36,005 bases of DNA from a virus (Duplodnaviria; Caudoviricetes): the IMG/VR virus record IMGVR_UViG_3300044674_000827, positions 1-36,005 of that record; one strand, written 5' to 3'. How positions within the stretch are numbered: position 1 is the first letter of the stretch; every line of letters starts with the position of its first letter. Made by a program: the position numbers and the translations under genes. The notes beneath the pieces are model-generated. The model did no database searches. It worked only from the letters and a program-made list of their open reading frames with translations, and was not told the origin of the DNA. Shown here one piece after another: positions 35,786 through 36,005 of this stretch.

Positions 35786-35974
35786 ATGAAAGAAATTGAA
35801 ATAACAAAATTAAACCAAGACTACTTTGATAAGACTATCAAAAAGTTGAGAGCGATTGATAGTGAGATCAATAAAACTAATAAGATGCTACAAATTGCCT
35901 TTGGCATTTACTTGTTTGCATCAGGTTTCTTACTAGCAGTCATTATGTTTGACTTAGGTATCATGGTCTTATGA
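35786..35974 (+). CDS. Small protein with C-terminal TM
   Basis: SD AGGAG before ATG 35786; hydrophobic C-terminus. Confidence 0.7.
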   Translation: MKEIEITKLNQDYFDKTIKKLRAIDSEINKTNKMLQIAFGIYLFASGFLLAVIMFDLGIMVL

Positions 35975-36005
35975 TTAAAGTTATCTATTTAGATATGGAT
36001 GGAGT
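35971..36005 (+). CDS. HAD-family phosphatase, 5'(3')-deoxyribonucleotidase-like (partial)
   Basis: MIKVIYLDMDG(V) HAD motif I; ATGA coupling; truncated by the window edge. Confidence 0.7.
   Translation, partial: MIKVIYLDMDG

Overview
An AT-rich, almost entirely + strand, gene-dense segment of a T4-like myophage genome, most similar in gene content to aquatic non-photosynthetic T4-like phages such as pelagimyophages (host cannot be determined from this window). It opens with the end of a curlin-repeat gene, a lipoprotein, a secreted protein and a CHASE2-type membrane adenylate cyclase. Next come hsp20, four tRNAs (Thr, Ala, Asp, Glu), peroxiredoxin, Fe(II)/2OG oxygenases, lysozyme, gp43 polymerase, UvsX and gp41 helicase. 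A ~10 kb late block encodes probable internal-head/virion proteins with T4-type capsid-targeting N-termini, followed by spanins, gp61 primase, nrdA/nrdB/glutaredoxin, a RuvC-like nuclease and the start of an early region. Strongest unexplained signals: (1) a G GGA AAG -1 frameshift site with a downstream stem that would extend the lipoprotein; (2) a 150-codon single-TM ORF overprinted in the +1 frame of nrdA with its own SD; (3) four 11-bp direct repeats upstream of the cyclase; (4) a modular, probably protease-processed capsid-cargo cluster including a restriction-like nuclease and a domain split across two genes; (5) candidate structured RNAs. Family assignments come from motif recognition only; no searches were run.
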